From Pseudomonadales bacterium (GTDB lineage Bacteria; Pseudomonadota; Gammaproteobacteria; Pseudomonadales; Azotimanducaceae), in contig OZ253942.1 in NCBI GenBank assembly GCA_965267195.1, positions 3,270,310-3,334,309 of the forward strand: DNA of 64,000 nt. Direction: 5' to 3'. A model generated the notes under the pieces. That model ran no database searches, had not been told where the DNA came from, and worked only from the letters and a program-made list of their open reading frames with translations. How positions within the stretch are numbered: position 1 is the stretch's first letter; each line of letters starts with the position of its first letter. Shown piece by piece: positions 22,788 through 33,699 of this stretch. A program made the position numbers and the translations under genes.

Positions 22788-23444
22788 GTGACTCTCAAAC
22801 TGGTGCTTGGCGGCACCTTCGATCCAGTACACGTCGGGCATGTGAACTCAGCGTGCGCCTTAATGGCTTTGTTTTCTGATTGCGAAGTGGTGTTGGTGCC
22901 GAGCAAGATTCCGCCGCATCGAGACACACCTTCAGCCAGTCCTGAACAACGATTTGAGATGCTGCAGTTGGCCACGAAGGGTGTACCGGGCCTAAGCAGC
23001 GATGACTGTGAACTTCGCAGAGAAGGGAGTTCCTTCACCGTTGACACCCTGGCGGACTATCGGGAGAAGGCGGAAGAGCAACCACTTGTTTTTGCGATGG
23101 GCTTGGATGCCTGGGTGACGTTACCAACCTGGCACAACTGGGAGTCCTTGTGTGATCTGGCCCACCTGCTGATTATGGAAAGGCCTGGTGGTTCGTCTCT
23201 TGAGGAGCCTGCTGAGCTGAAAGCATGGGCAGCAGAAAAACTCGTAGACGATGTTTCAATCCTTGAGACAACAGCTTCGGGTTTGGTTTGCCACGTGACG
23301 TTACAACAATTTGATGTTTCTGCGACAAGAGTTCGAGAAACCATAAGGCAGGGTGACAGCACTGAAAGCATGTTGCACCCTGATGTCGCCGGCTACATTG
23401 CCCGGCACCACTTATATTTGGACAATGAAAGTCATGGAAAGTGA
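22788..23444 (+). CDS. nadD: nicotinate-nucleotide adenylyltransferase
   Basis: 218 aa, GTG start, with the [11 protein letters not shown] nucleotidyltransferase motif. Confidence 0.94.
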   Translation: MTLKLVLGGTFDPVHVGHVNSACALMALFSDCEVVLVPSKIPPHRDTPSASPEQRFEMLQLATKGVPGLSSDDCELRREGSSFTVDTLADYREKAEEQPLVFAMGLDAWVTLPTWHNWESLCDLAHLLIMERPGGSSLEEPAELKAWAAEKLVDDVSILETTASGLVCHVTLQQFDVSATRVRETIRQGDSTESMLHPDVAGYIARHHLYLDNESHGK

Positions 23445-23778
23445 AGCACTTAAAGCGCTCGTGATAGATGCCCTGGATGACATCAAAGGGCAGGATATTG
23501 TCGCCCTGGATGTTCAGAAGCAGACAGACATTGCGGATCACATGGTTGTCGCTTCGGGCAACACCAGTCGCCAGATAAAAGCTTTGGTCGACAACGTACT
23601 GCAAAAAGCGAAAGCAGAAGGTGTTCAGGTCCTGGGTGTTGAGGGTGAAGAGTCCGGTGAGTGGATTCTGGTTGACCTCGCTGATGTCATTGTCCACGTC
23701 ATGTTGCCTGCGGTTCGTGAATTCTACGACCTGGAACGACTGTGGAGTGTCAGTCCCAGCGACGAAAACGCTGAGTAA
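23425..23778 (+). CDS. rsfS: ribosomal silencing factor RsfS (iojap)
   Basis: The tracked ORF extends upstream into nadD. The RsfS core ([15 protein letters not shown]...DHMVVASG) begins near the ATGs at 23425/23434. The start is uncertain by 3 codons. Confidence 0.9.
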   Translation: MKVMESEALKALVIDALDDIKGQDIVALDVQKQTDIADHMVVASGNTSRQIKALVDNVLQKAKAEGVQVLGVEGEESGEWILVDLADVIVHVMLPAVREFYDLERLWSVSPSDENAE

Positions 23779-23783
23779 CTTAA

Positions 23784-24254
23784 TTGCTCCGGGTAGAACT
23801 CGTCGCCGTAGGAACAAAGCCCCCCTCCTGGGTTGCTGAAGGGATAGAACAATATGTCTCTCGCATGCGGCGCGAGTGTCACTTCGATATTCGCGAGATC
23901 AAAACCTCTGATCGAAACAAAAAGTTAACGGTATCCGCGCACCAGGAGGCAGAGGCAGATTCGATTCTGGACGCGCTTCAAACCTCAGCCAGGGTCATTG
24001 CGCTGGACTCTCGTGGAAGAAACTGGAGTACTGAGCAGTTAGCGGCAAAAATTGAGAATTGGAGTCAGATCACCAGTCATCTTCAATTTGTTATTGGCGG
24101 ACCTGACGGGCTGTCAGACCGTGTGCTGACGCGGGCAGACGAGACCTGGTCGTTGTCTGCCTTAACCTTCCCGCATTTTCTGGTTAGAGTGCTCTTAAGC
24201 GAACAGATATATCGGGCACTGATGGTTAATGCTAATCATCCGTACCATAAATAG
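23784..24254 (+). CDS. rlmH: 23S rRNA (pseudouridine1915-N3)-methyltransferase
   Basis: 156 aa, TTG start, collinear with RlmH (VAVGTK, FVIGGPDGLS, HPYHK end). Confidence 0.95.
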   Translation: MLRVELVAVGTKPPSWVAEGIEQYVSRMRRECHFDIREIKTSDRNKKLTVSAHQEAEADSILDALQTSARVIALDSRGRNWSTEQLAAKIENWSQITSHLQFVIGGPDGLSDRVLTRADETWSLSALTFPHFLVRVLLSEQIYRALMVNANHPYHK

Positions 24255-24261
24255 TTAATCC

Positions 24262-26172
24262 ATGGTCGAACCACTCGCGCTAAAAGATCACACCTGGGAG
24301 AGCCGAATCTTCTTCGAGCGAATTGTCGTGGGCTTCGGCATTCTGGTGGTCTTGACCCTGTTTCTGGTTGCTCGCTTCTTCTACCTGCAGATTGTTCAGT
24401 ACGATATTTACGCAACCTTATCTGACAAAAACCGCATTCAAGTACAGCCGCTGCCACCCATCCGTGGTCTCATCTACGACCGTAATGGTGAACTGCTAGC
24501 GGATAATTCACCGTCTTTTAACCTCGCGCTCACTCCTGAACGTGTGGACGATATGGACGAAACACTCGCGAGTCTAGACCGCGTCCTGCAGCTGTCCGAT
24601 GAAGAGATTCAGGCGTTCCAGAAAAGACTAAAACGCAGGCAGCGACCTTTTGAATCTGTGCCACTCCGGTTCAAACTGACTCAGGAAGAGATCGCGCGAT
24701 TCAGCGTGGATCGCCACTCGATGCCTGGTGTGGAAGTTGAAGCACGGCTGGTCCGTCACTATCCGAAAGGCGAACTGATGGTGCATGCCGTCGGGTCGGT
24801 ACGACGCATCAACGAAAATGACGCCAGGCGTCTTGATCCAGTTGCTTACTCCGGCACTGATCATATCGGCAAGATTGGTATCGAGCGGTTCTACGAGTCA
24901 GATTTACTTGGCTCTGTTGGCTACCAACAGGTGGAAATTGATGCACGCGGCAAGGTGATGAAGATTCTCGAGTCTGATTTACCGAGTCCCGGAAAAGACC
25001 TGGTTCTGCATGTCGACAGTTCGCTGCAGCAGGCTGCCAGCGATGCGCTGGGGGATCGCCGTGGAACCATCGTTGCCATAGAGCCGGAAACAGGCGGCAT
25101 CCTCGCCATGGTGAGTAAGCCGGGTTATGACCCTAATCTGTTTGTGACGGGGATTGATTTTGCGACCTATGCGTCGCTTCGCGATTCACCTGACGTCCCG
25201 CTCTTTAACCGTGCGCTGCAGGGGCAGTATGAACCTGGCTCCACGATCAAACCCATCATCGGTCTTGCAGGTCTCGTCACTGGGATGACGACGGCTGACT
25301 ACACCGTGGAAGATCCCGGTTGGTTTAAGTTACCGAATAATGATCGTCTCTACAGGGACTGGAACTGGACAGTCACCGGACTCGGGGGCCATGGGCAGGT
25401 CAATCTGGAGAAGGCGATTTACCGTTCCTGCAATGTCTACTTTTATAGCCTAGCCGTGAAAATGGGCATTGATCGAATCGACGACTACCTTGCGTTGTTC
25501 GGTTTTGGCGTGAACACCGCGCTCGATCTGCCGGAAGCTCGTAGTGGACTGTTACCGACCCGGGAGTGGAAAGAAGATTCACGGGGTCTGCCCTGGTATC
25601 CCGGTGACACGGTGAACATCGGTATTGGCCAGGGCGATATGCTGGTGACGCCGTTGCAATTGGCGACTGCGGTTACCGTTGTAGCGAACCGAGGAAAGTG
25701 GGTTGCTCCTCGGATGTTGAAATCCGGAAGCGATCTCGTGGAACGCTCGAATGTAACCCGCATGGATAGTATTGAGCTGATTCCTGATCATGTCTGGGAT
25801 CTGGTGATTGGTGCCATGGAAAAAGTGGTACATCGCGGTAACCAGGTTTATGGCGAAAATGGTACGGCCTGGGCTTATATTGGGCAGGACATTCCCTATC
25901 GAATGGCAGGTAAGTCGGGAACCGCACAGGTTGTTGGTATCGCCCAGGGCGAGGAGTACAACGAAGAAGAACTGGATGAGCGGCAACGAAAACACGCATG
26001 GTTTGTGGCTTTTGCGCCGGTGGAGAAACCAGAGATTGCGCTTGCCGTACTCGTTGAAAATGGCGGTGGCGGCAGTTCCGTTGCCGCACCCGTCGCCAGA
26101 CAGATCATCGATCACCACCTCTTGAAGAATACCGCGGCTAAAGGTCGTGTGGTTGCCTCGGCGGGCCAATGA
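24262..26172 (+). CDS. mrdA: penicillin-binding protein 2 (elongasome transpeptidase)
   Basis: 636 aa with an N-terminal TM segment, the STIKP active-site motif and a following rodA. Confidence 0.97.
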   Translation: MVEPLALKDHTWESRIFFERIVVGFGILVVLTLFLVARFFYLQIVQYDIYATLSDKNRIQVQPLPPIRGLIYDRNGELLADNSPSFNLALTPERVDDMDETLASLDRVLQLSDEEIQAFQKRLKRRQRPFESVPLRFKLTQEEIARFSVDRHSMPGVEVEARLVRHYPKGELMVHAVGSVRRINENDARRLDPVAYSGTDHIGKIGIERFYESDLLGSVGYQQVEIDARGKVMKILESDLPSPGKDLVLHVDSSLQQAASDALGDRRGTIVAIEPETGGILAMVSKPGYDPNLFVTGIDFATYASLRDSPDVPLFNRALQGQYEPGSTIKPIIGLAGLVTGMTTADYTVEDPGWFKLPNNDRLYRDWNWTVTGLGGHGQVNLEKAIYRSCNVYFYSLAVKMGIDRIDDYLALFGFGVNTALDLPEARSGLLPTREWKEDSRGLPWYPGDTVNIGIGQGDMLVTPLQLATAVTVVANRGKWVAPRMLKSGSDLVERSNVTRMDSIELIPDHVWDLVIGAMEKVVHRGNQVYGENGTAWAYIGQDIPYRMAGKSGTAQVVGIAQGEEYNEEELDERQRKHAWFVAFAPVEKPEIALAVLVENGGGGSSVAAPVARQIIDHHLLKNTAAKGRVVASAGQ

Positions 26173-27308
26173 GCCAGGATTTTGTCAGACAGCTCCCGGG
26201 CTCCGGCCTGGTAACACAGCGAAAAGCGGCGCTTGGCGATGCTGTCCACCTGGATATTCCGATGGTACTGCTGCTCCTCGCGATATCGGCGTATGGGCTG
26301 CTGATTCTCTATAGTGCCGTTGGCCAGCAATCAGCCCCGGTGATTTCCCAGAGCATCAAAATATTGGCAGGTCTGGGTGCCATGATTGTCATCGCTCAGA
26401 TATCTCCCATCTTCTACATGCGTCTCGCTCCCTGGATCTTCCTGGGTGCATTGGTTCTGTTAGCTTTGATCTATGTCTTTGGTGTAGAGATAAAAGGGTC
26501 ACGGCGCTGGCTCAGGATCCCTGGCGTCATGAACTTTCAGCCTTCTGAAATTATGAAGCTGGTGCTACCACTGATACTCGCCTGGTACTTTCACGATCGT
26601 CACCTGCCGCCTAAAGCACGCCATGTTTTTTGGTCCCTGGTGATCATTGCGATTCCTGTGATGATGATTGCCATGCAACCTGATCTTGGCACATCGCTAA
26701 TCATTGGCGCTTCTGGTTTGTTCGTGCTGTTGCTGTCTGGTGTTTCCTGGAGACTGGTTTTTTCTGCTATCGGTATTGGCGTCATTTCAGCGCCTGCACT
26801 TTGGTTTGTGCTTCGCGACTATCAGAGACAGCGGATTCTGACGTTACTCGATCCTGAGCGGGATCCACTGGGTGCAGGTTGGAACATCATTCAGTCGAAG
26901 ACGGCCATTGGCTCAGGTGGTCTGTTCGGCAAAGGACTTTTTGAAGGCACCCAATCACACCTGGATTTTCTGCCGGAAAGTCAGACCGACTTTATTATCG
27001 CTGTACTGGGAGAGGAACTTGGTCTTGTCGGAGTGGTCACACTGCTCATCCTCTACCTGCTTTTGATTGGTCGAGGGGTCATTTTGTCTCTGCAAGCACA
27101 GGATACTTTTGGTCGTTTGCTGTCTGGCAGCATTACGTTCACATTTTTCGTTTATGTCTTTGTTAATATAGGCATGGTCAGTGGAATACTTCCGGTTGTC
27201 GGAGTACCGCTGCCATTGGTTAGCCACGGGGGAACTTCTATCCTGACGCTGTTTGCTGGCTTCGGTATTCTGATGTCCATTCATACGCATCGCAGGATTA
27301 CTTTGTAA
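26169..27308 (+). CDS. rodA: peptidoglycan glycosyltransferase RodA (SEDS)
   Basis: 379 aa, polytopic. ATGA overlap with mrdA. SEDS motifs present (QPSEIMK, TDFIIAVLGEELG). Confidence 0.97.
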   Translation: MSQDFVRQLPGSGLVTQRKAALGDAVHLDIPMVLLLLAISAYGLLILYSAVGQQSAPVISQSIKILAGLGAMIVIAQISPIFYMRLAPWIFLGALVLLALIYVFGVEIKGSRRWLRIPGVMNFQPSEIMKLVLPLILAWYFHDRHLPPKARHVFWSLVIIAIPVMMIAMQPDLGTSLIIGASGLFVLLLSGVSWRLVFSAIGIGVISAPALWFVLRDYQRQRILTLLDPERDPLGAGWNIIQSKTAIGSGGLFGKGLFEGTQSHLDFLPESQTDFIIAVLGEELGLVGVVTLLILYLLLIGRGVILSLQAQDTFGRLLSGSITFTFFVYVFVNIGMVSGILPVVGVPLPLVSHGGTSILTLFAGFGILMSIHTHRRITL

Positions 27309-28294
27309 TGCAAAAAATTCTGATTCTGATTCTACTTTTGATACCACTGGTTTCTTTTTCCAGTGATTACACAGATCGACCCGAGGTTCAGGAGTTTGTT
27401 CGTGAACTTGCTGAAGAAGAAGGTTTTGATGAACGTGAACTCCTCTCGATCTTCAGTCACGCGGAATACAAGCAAAGCATCATTGATGCGATCAGCAGGC
27501 CCGCGGAAAAGCGCCTGACTTGGGCGGAATACCAGGACATCTTTCTGACTGACAGAAGAACGAATTCGGGCATCGAGTTTATGTCTGAACACAGTGAAGC
27601 CCTGGAAGAAGCCTATCGTGTCTATGGTGTGCCTCCGGTGATCATCACGGCGATCATTGGTGTAGAAACCATGTATGGCCGCATCAGTGGAAGCTACCGC
27701 GTGCTGGACGCATTGGCGACGCTTTCCTTCGACTACCCACCAAGGTCCAAGTTTTTCCGTGGTGAGTTAAAGCAATTCATCCTGCTGGCGCGTGAAGAAA
27801 AGCAGATGATCACAGATCTTAAAGGCTCATATGCCGGCGCCATGGGCCTGGGGCAATTTATCCCGAGCAGTTACCGGCACTATGCAATCGACTTTGATGG
27901 CGATGGCTTCCGGGATATCTGGAACAATCCGACAGATGCGATTGGTAGTGTTGCAAATTACCTGAGTGAGCACGGATGGCAGAGAGACGCCGACATTACG
28001 TTTCCAGTAGATGGTGCACGGGTTACGGAAGATGTTTTCAACGTGTCGCTTAAACCGAGCAAATCTATTGCGGAACTTGAAACCCTGGGCATGAAGGCGG
28101 AACTGGGTGAGCTTGATAAAGGCCAGAAGGTCTCTCCGATGCGACTATCCGGAAAGATGGGTGATGAGTACTGGATCGGTATGAAAAATTTCTACGTCAT
28201 CACCCGCTACAACCACAGCAAGTTGTACGCGATGGCGGTTTTCCAACTCAGTGAGGGACTGAAAAAAGGCAGCGCTGCCATCGCTGCTCGTTAG
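27308..28294 (+). CDS. mltB: lytic murein transglycosylase B
   Basis: 328 aa with a signal peptide. MltB/SltB1 motifs present (GVETMYG, GAMGLGQFIPSS). Confidence 0.93.
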   Translation: MQKILILILLLIPLVSFSSDYTDRPEVQEFVRELAEEEGFDERELLSIFSHAEYKQSIIDAISRPAEKRLTWAEYQDIFLTDRRTNSGIEFMSEHSEALEEAYRVYGVPPVIITAIIGVETMYGRISGSYRVLDALATLSFDYPPRSKFFRGELKQFILLAREEKQMITDLKGSYAGAMGLGQFIPSSYRHYAIDFDGDGFRDIWNNPTDAIGSVANYLSEHGWQRDADITFPVDGARVTEDVFNVSLKPSKSIAELETLGMKAELGELDKGQKVSPMRLSGKMGDEYWIGMKNFYVITRYNHSKLYAMAVFQLSEGLKKGSAAIAAR

Positions 28295-28304
28295 TTGTTC
28301 ACTT

Positions 28305-29039
28305 GTGTCTCGAGTACTTCTCGTCCTTCTGCTGGTTCAATGCCTGGTGTTGTCCTCCTGCACAACTGTGCCGACACCGAGCGCAAAGAAACCTGCGCTT
28401 AAAGACAATGAATACGAGGTTTTCGGCAAGGTCTATCAGATCATGCCGTCTAACCTGGGATACATCGAAATCGGCATAGCGTCCTGGTATGGCAAGAAGT
28501 TTCACGGCAGGTTGACCGCGATGGGCGAAATCTACGATATGTATGCGATGACTGCAGCGCATAAGGAACTCCCTTTGCCGACTGCCGTCAAAGTAACTAA
28601 TCTGGACAATGGCAGGAGTGTAGTGCTGCGCGTCAATGATCGCGGTCCATTTCATGACGACAGACTGATAGATCTGTCCTACGGTGCAGCGCGCGAACTG
28701 GGATTTGAGCATCAGGGCACGGCGCCGGTGGTGGTTGAGGCGCTGGATGAGGTGAATCATCCGGAACTGGTAAAAAGCCCACCGAAAGATCCTGGAACCT
28801 ATTATCTACAGGTTGGTGCTTTTCGATCAGAAGTGGGCGCTGAACGCCGTTTGTCGGAAGTTGTCGCGATATTGCCGGAAGATGTTCCGGCCAGAGTCCT
28901 GACAAGCGAAACTGAGGATGCGTTGCTGCATAAGGTTTGGGTTGGTCCGGTGGCCAGCCTGGAACAGGAAGAACAAATCGAAGCGCGCATTGTAGAGAAC
29001 AATTTGGGTACGCCGTTACGCGTGCTTGTTGAACATTAA
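28305..29039 (+). CDS. rlpA: septal ring lytic transglycosylase RlpA (DPBB + SPOR domains), lipoprotein
   Basis: Lipobox LSSC, DPBB core (ASWYGKKFHGRLTAMGEIYD...VLRVNDRGPF) and a C-terminal SPOR-like YYLQVGAF. Confidence 0.94.
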   Translation: MSRVLLVLLLVQCLVLSSCTTVPTPSAKKPALKDNEYEVFGKVYQIMPSNLGYIEIGIASWYGKKFHGRLTAMGEIYDMYAMTAAHKELPLPTAVKVTNLDNGRSVVLRVNDRGPFHDDRLIDLSYGAARELGFEHQGTAPVVVEALDEVNHPELVKSPPKDPGTYYLQVGAFRSEVGAERRLSEVVAILPEDVPARVLTSETEDALLHKVWVGPVASLEQEEQIEARIVENNLGTPLRVLVEH

Positions 29040-29065
29040 AAGCTAGATAGCAGTAGGAGGACGCG

Positions 29066-30232
29066 ATGTTGCGTCGATTGAGTTTCATTTTTGTCTCATT
29101 GGTGATGAGTGTCCATGCGCTGGCAGCGCCAGTGATTATTCCGTCTCCCCCACAACTGGCGGCTGAGGGTTATCTGCTGATTGATGCTGCGACTGGTGAA
29201 GCCTTGGTGGAGTTTAATGCGGAACAAAGACTGCCACCGGCCAGCCTGACAAAAATCATGACCAGTTATGTGGCAGCGAAAGAGCTGGAACGGGGTTCAA
29301 TCTCCCTCGATGATGAGGTCAGCGTCAGTATCAAAGCCTGGCGTATGGAAGGCTCACGGATGTTCATACAGGAAGGCACGAAGGTCCGTCTTGAAGACAT
29401 CCTTAGAGGCATGATTATTCAATCCGGCAATGACGCCAGCGTTGCTCTGGCAGAACATATCGCGGGCAGTGAAGATGCATTCGCGGACATCATGAATCAG
29501 TACGCTGCCAGTCTCGGGATGGAAAATACCAACTACATGAACGCCACCGGATTACCGGATGATAATCATTACACGACGGCTTCCGATGTGGCGAAACTAA
29601 CGGTCGCAATGATTCGTGACCATCCCAGTCACTACAAGATGTATTCAGAGAAGACCTTCACTTACGCGAATATTCGCCAGCCAAACCGCAACAAGCTGCT
29701 GATGCGTGACTCCTCTGTCGATGGCGTTAAAACGGGTCATACGGAAGCGGCAGGTTATTGTTTGGTCGCCTCGGCGGTACGAAACGACATGCGACTGATA
29801 TCGGTTGTGATGGGCGCTTCCAGTGAAGAGGCTCGTGCTGCTGAAAGTCAGAAACTACTGACCTATGGTTTCCGCTACTTTGAAACAGCGCGACTGTATG
29901 CCGCCGATGAAACGTTAAAGCAGGTCAGAGTCTGGGGTGGTAAACATCAGTCGGTGCAGGTCGGCATTGAAGAAGATCTGATCCTAACGATTCCGAGAGG
30001 GGGACGAGAAGATCTTAAAGCTGAGATCGCCCTTGATGCAGAAGTCCATGCGCCGATCGAGAAAGGTGATGTGTTGGGTAAGCTGCAGGTGCAGTTGCCA
30101 AGCGGTGAACCCATGATGATTCCCGTTGTGGCCCTTAACGGTGTGCAGGAAAGTGGCTTCTTTGCCAGTTTATGGGATTCCATAGCACTGTTTTTCCTAA
30201 AACTCTTTGGCGGCGATCCACTGGCAGCATGA
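29066..30232 (+). CDS. dacA: D-alanyl-D-alanine carboxypeptidase (PBP5/6 class)
   Basis: 388 aa with a signal peptide and the SLTK, SGND and KTGHT motifs. Confidence 0.95.
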   Translation: MLRRLSFIFVSLVMSVHALAAPVIIPSPPQLAAEGYLLIDAATGEALVEFNAEQRLPPASLTKIMTSYVAAKELERGSISLDDEVSVSIKAWRMEGSRMFIQEGTKVRLEDILRGMIIQSGNDASVALAEHIAGSEDAFADIMNQYAASLGMENTNYMNATGLPDDNHYTTASDVAKLTVAMIRDHPSHYKMYSEKTFTYANIRQPNRNKLLMRDSSVDGVKTGHTEAAGYCLVASAVRNDMRLISVVMGASSEEARAAESQKLLTYGFRYFETARLYAADETLKQVRVWGGKHQSVQVGIEEDLILTIPRGGREDLKAEIALDAEVHAPIEKGDVLGKLQVQLPSGEPMMIPVVALNGVQESGFFASLWDSIALFFLKLFGGDPLAA

Positions 30233-30495
30233 GCGACGATGAAATCAGGATAACGTACCCCTGCGACTACCCCATAAAGGTAGTCGGGGATGTACGTCCG
30301 AACTTTCACGAAGAAGTTTGTGAAGTGGTCATTCGTCACGACCCGACGATGACGACTGAAAGGATATCCCAGCGGACTTCGCGCAAGGGTAACTTCATCT
30401 CTGTCTCTTTTATGCTGGTTGCACAGAGCGAAGAGCACATTGAAAACCTGTTTGCGGAGCTGAAACTGATTGAGTCGGTACGACTGGTTCTCTGA
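30229..30495 (+). CDS. ybeD: YbeD/DUF493 family protein
   Basis: The ATG at 30229 overlaps the dacA stop (ATGA). The product [20 protein letters not shown]... is YbeD-like, in the conserved slot before lipB. Confidence 0.9.
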   Translation: MSDDEIRITYPCDYPIKVVGDVRPNFHEEVCEVVIRHDPTMTTERISQRTSRKGNFISVSFMLVAQSEEHIENLFAELKLIESVRLVL

Positions 30496-31145
30496 TGCCT
30501 GAATCCTGCCTCCTTCGACATCTAGGTCGAGCACCTTACCTTGAGGTGTGGCAAAAAATGAAAGACTTCACAAACAGCAGATCAGATGACACACCTGACG
30601 AGATCTGGCTGGTGGAACATCCTGCTGTATTTACACAGGGACAAGCTGGCAAACCGGAACATCTGCTCAATGTTTCCGATATACCTGTTGTGCAATCAGA
30701 CAGGGGCGGGCAGGTTACCTACCATGGTCCGGGGCAGTTAGTTGTTTACCTGATGCTTGAGCTACGGCGCCATAAACTTGGCGTACGTGATCTGGTGACC
30801 CTGATCGAGGAAAGCGTGATTGAGCTGCTCGACCAATATGATGTGACCGGGTTGGCCCGAAGAGATGCACCGGGTGTCTACGTAGATGACAGGAAAGTTG
30901 CGGCACTCGGTCTCAGAGTGCGAAAAGGTCGCAGTTATCACGGTCTGAGCCTAAATGTCGCCATGGACCTTTCGCCGTTTTCCCAGATCAACCCCTGTGG
31001 CTACTCGGGTCTTGAGGTGACTGATACCACTTCTTTGGGTATTCAGGCTGATATGCAGGAACTTGGTGAGGGTCTGACCAGCATATTGTGGCGTCGAATC
31101 GGGTATCATGGCGCTCCCGCTCCTATAACAGACCAGGCAATCTGA
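30495..31145 (+). CDS. lipB: lipoyl(octanoyl) transferase
   Basis: 216 aa with LipB motifs ([23 protein letters not shown]). Its start overlaps the ybeD stop. Confidence 0.96.
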   Translation: MPESCLLRHLGRAPYLEVWQKMKDFTNSRSDDTPDEIWLVEHPAVFTQGQAGKPEHLLNVSDIPVVQSDRGGQVTYHGPGQLVVYLMLELRRHKLGVRDLVTLIEESVIELLDQYDVTGLARRDAPGVYVDDRKVAALGLRVRKGRSYHGLSLNVAMDLSPFSQINPCGYSGLEVTDTTSLGIQADMQELGEGLTSILWRRIGYHGAPAPITDQAI

Positions 31146-31149
31146 AGAG

Positions 31150-32100
31150 ATGGCAAACAAGAACCGGATGGTTCCCGGAGAAAAACTGCGAGGTGCAGAC
31201 AAGGTTCGGCGTATACCTGTAAAGGTCATACCCACTGAGGTCATGCCGCGTAAGCCTGATTGGATCAGGGTTCGGATTCCTGCCAATCCGGAAATCAGCC
31301 GCATCAAGGAGATTTTGAGACGCCGAAACCTCGCGTCTGTCTGCGAGGAAGCCAGCTGTCCAAATTTGCCTGAGTGTTTTTCTCACGGCACGGCAACTTT
31401 CATGATCATGGGTGAGATCTGCACTCGGCGCTGTCCGTTTTGCGATGTCGCTCATGGCAGCCCCAAGGCGCTGGATGAGGACGAACCGAGACAGCTCGCT
31501 GAGGCAGTCCAGGAGATGGGTCTCAAGTACGTGGTGGTGACCTCTGTTGATCGTGATGATTTAAAGGACAGTGGTGCTGCACATTTTGCTGCGTGTATTT
31601 CAGCAATTCGTGAACACACACCCAGCACTACGATTGAAGTGCTGGTACCGGACTTCAGAGGTCGGATGGATATCGCGATTGAGACTCTGACGGCCACACC
31701 ACCGGATGTGTTTAATCACAATCTTGAAACTGTACCTCGACTTTATAAGAAGGCGCGTCCCGGTGCGGACTATGATTGGTCCCTCGATCTGCTTGAGCGA
31801 TTCAAAGCGGAAAATCCGGATGTTCCGACAAAGTCAGGGCTTATGCTGGGTCTTGGTGAAACTAACGAAGAAGTGCTCGAGGTCATGCAAGATCTCAGAG
31901 CGCACAATGTCGACATGCTGACACTGGGACAGTATCTGCAACCCAGTAAAGATCACCTGGCTGTAGAAAGATTTGTTCATCCCGATGAATTCGAAGAACT
32001 GGCAGAAGCAGGTCATTCAATGGGCTTTAAACAGGTGGCCAGCGGACCCCTGGTTCGTTCTTCTTATCACGCTGACCTACAGGCCAAAGGGACTTTTTAG
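31150..32100 (+). CDS. lipA: lipoyl synthase (radical SAM)
   Basis: 316 aa with [12 protein letters not shown] and radical-SAM CTRRCPFC clusters. Confidence 0.98.
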   Translation: MANKNRMVPGEKLRGADKVRRIPVKVIPTEVMPRKPDWIRVRIPANPEISRIKEILRRRNLASVCEEASCPNLPECFSHGTATFMIMGEICTRRCPFCDVAHGSPKALDEDEPRQLAEAVQEMGLKYVVVTSVDRDDLKDSGAAHFAACISAIREHTPSTTIEVLVPDFRGRMDIAIETLTATPPDVFNHNLETVPRLYKKARPGADYDWSLDLLERFKAENPDVPTKSGLMLGLGETNEEVLEVMQDLRAHNVDMLTLGQYLQPSKDHLAVERFVHPDEFEELAEAGHSMGFKQVASGPLVRSSYHADLQAKGTF

Positions 32101-32101
32101 T

Positions 32102-32860
32102 CTAGCCTTTGCGATACGCCTGGCAGGACGGGCAGTCTTCCCTCTGCGGTAGTTTGAGTTTTCGCCAGTCCATGTATCTAGCATCGAACGTCAGCACATA
32201 ACCGGCGAGGGACTCGCCAATGCCGACGATCAGTTTCAGTGCTTCCAATGCCTGCAGGGTGCCAATGGTGCCAACCACCGGCGCGGCAATGCCTGCTTCA
32301 GCACAATTCAGTTGATCATCGGAGGCGTCCTCGTAGAGGCAGCGGTAACATGGCATGGAAGGATCAGTGGCATCGATAACCATAAGCTGACCTTCCATCC
32401 GAATTGCTGCGCCGGATACGAGGGTGGTGCCCTGTCTGAGACAGGCATCATTGATAGCGAAGCGAACTTCAAAATTATCGGTGCAGTCCAGAACCAGATC
32501 TGCTGACTTAACCTCCTGTTCCAACTGATCCAGTGTGAGCTTGTCGTTGATGGTCCTGATGCGTGTTTCAGGATTGATGTCATGGAGTGTTTTCTGTGCG
32601 GAATCAGGTTTTGGCTGTCCGATCATGGCCGTTGAATGGACGATCTGTCTTTGCAGGTTAGAGAGATCGACGGTATCGAAGTCCGCCAGTATCAGTTCAC
32701 CAACGCCGGAGGCTGCAAGGTAAAGCGCCACCGGGCTGCCCAGACCGCCTAACCCAATCACCAGGACTTTTGCTGCTAGGAGTTTTTCCTGACCTTCAAT
32801 ATCGATGTCTGGCAGCATGATGTGTCTTGCATACCGCAACAGCTGGTCGTCATTCATCAT
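32102..32860 (-). CDS. moeB: molybdopterin-synthase adenylyltransferase (MoeB/ThiF family)
   Basis: 252 aa with the GLGGLGSP dinucleotide fold and CxxC pairs (CYRC, CPSC). Same position after prmC as in Pseudomonas. Confidence 0.88.
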   Translation of the reverse strand: MMNDDQLLRYARHIMLPDIDIEGQEKLLAAKVLVIGLGGLGSPVALYLAASGVGELILADFDTVDLSNLQRQIVHSTAMIGQPKPDSAQKTLHDINPETRIRTINDKLTLDQLEQEVKSADLVLDCTDNFEVRFAINDACLRQGTTLVSGAAIRMEGQLMVIDATDPSMPCYRCLYEDASDDQLNCAEAGIAAPVVGTIGTLQALEALKLIVGIGESLAGYVLTFDARYMDWRKLKLPQREDCPSCQAYRKG

Positions 32861-33699
32861 GCGGTTCTGCTCCGTGAAGATTGGGCTATCACTGCACGTG
32901 GCTGCCCCTGTAAATCTTTGAAGCGTTCAATATGTATGAAGTTGGCTTCTTCCAGAAGAGTCACGATGGCTTCCTGTTGATCATAACCGTGCTCCAGCAA
33001 TAGAACGCCTTTTTCGTTTAGGAATTCTTGTGCTTTGCTCACAATCATACGGATATCATCAAGACCGTCGGCACCTGAGGCCAGAGCCCCTATTGGTTCA
33101 TGTTTCAGGGATTCGAGATGAGAATCACCTGCGGCGATATAGGGTGGATTGCTGACAATAATATCGAAACTACCTTCGATCCCGTCAAACCAGTTTCCCT
33201 GGGAAATTTCGATATTGTCTAAATCGATCGCATTGGTTTGTGCGATGCGTACGGCGTCCTCATCAATGTCCACGGCATGAACCAGCCAGGCAGATCGTTC
33301 CGCTGCAAGTGAGATGGCTATGGCGCCGGTTCCAGTGCCGAGATCGATGACCCTCAGTGGTGATTCATCAAACCGCTCAAGCAGTATCTCAATGAGCAGT
33401 TCCGTTTCCGGCCTGGGAATAAGTGTGGCAGGCGTGACTTGAAACTCTCTGTTCCAGAAACCTTTGCTGCCGGTGAGGTAAGCAACGGGTTCACCTTCTT
33501 GCCGGCGCTTAACGAGTTCAATAAATCTTGTCTGCGTCTGGCAGTCAGGCGTCTCATCGCTGTGTGCAAACAACCAGTCGCGGCCTTTGTTTAACACATG
33601 GGTCAGCAATAGCTGACAGTCCAGTTTAGGCGTGTCTGAAATTTGAGACAGGGCGTCGGAGCATCTTTCGATGAGATCTCCGAAGGTCTCACTCATCAT
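32857..33699 (-). CDS. prmC: peptide chain release factor N5-glutamine methyltransferase
   Basis: 280 aa with the NPPY motif (IVSNPPYI) and SAM-binding DLGTGTGA. Overlaps prfA. Confidence 0.95.
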   Translation of the reverse strand: MMSETFGDLIERCSDALSQISDTPKLDCQLLLTHVLNKGRDWLFAHSDETPDCQTQTRFIELVKRRQEGEPVAYLTGSKGFWNREFQVTPATLIPRPETELLIEILLERFDESPLRVIDLGTGTGAIAISLAAERSAWLVHAVDIDEDAVRIAQTNAIDLDNIEISQGNWFDGIEGSFDIIVSNPPYIAAGDSHLESLKHEPIGALASGADGLDDIRMIVSKAQEFLNEKGVLLLEHGYDQQEAIVTLLEEANFIHIERFKDLQGQPRAVIAQSSRSRTA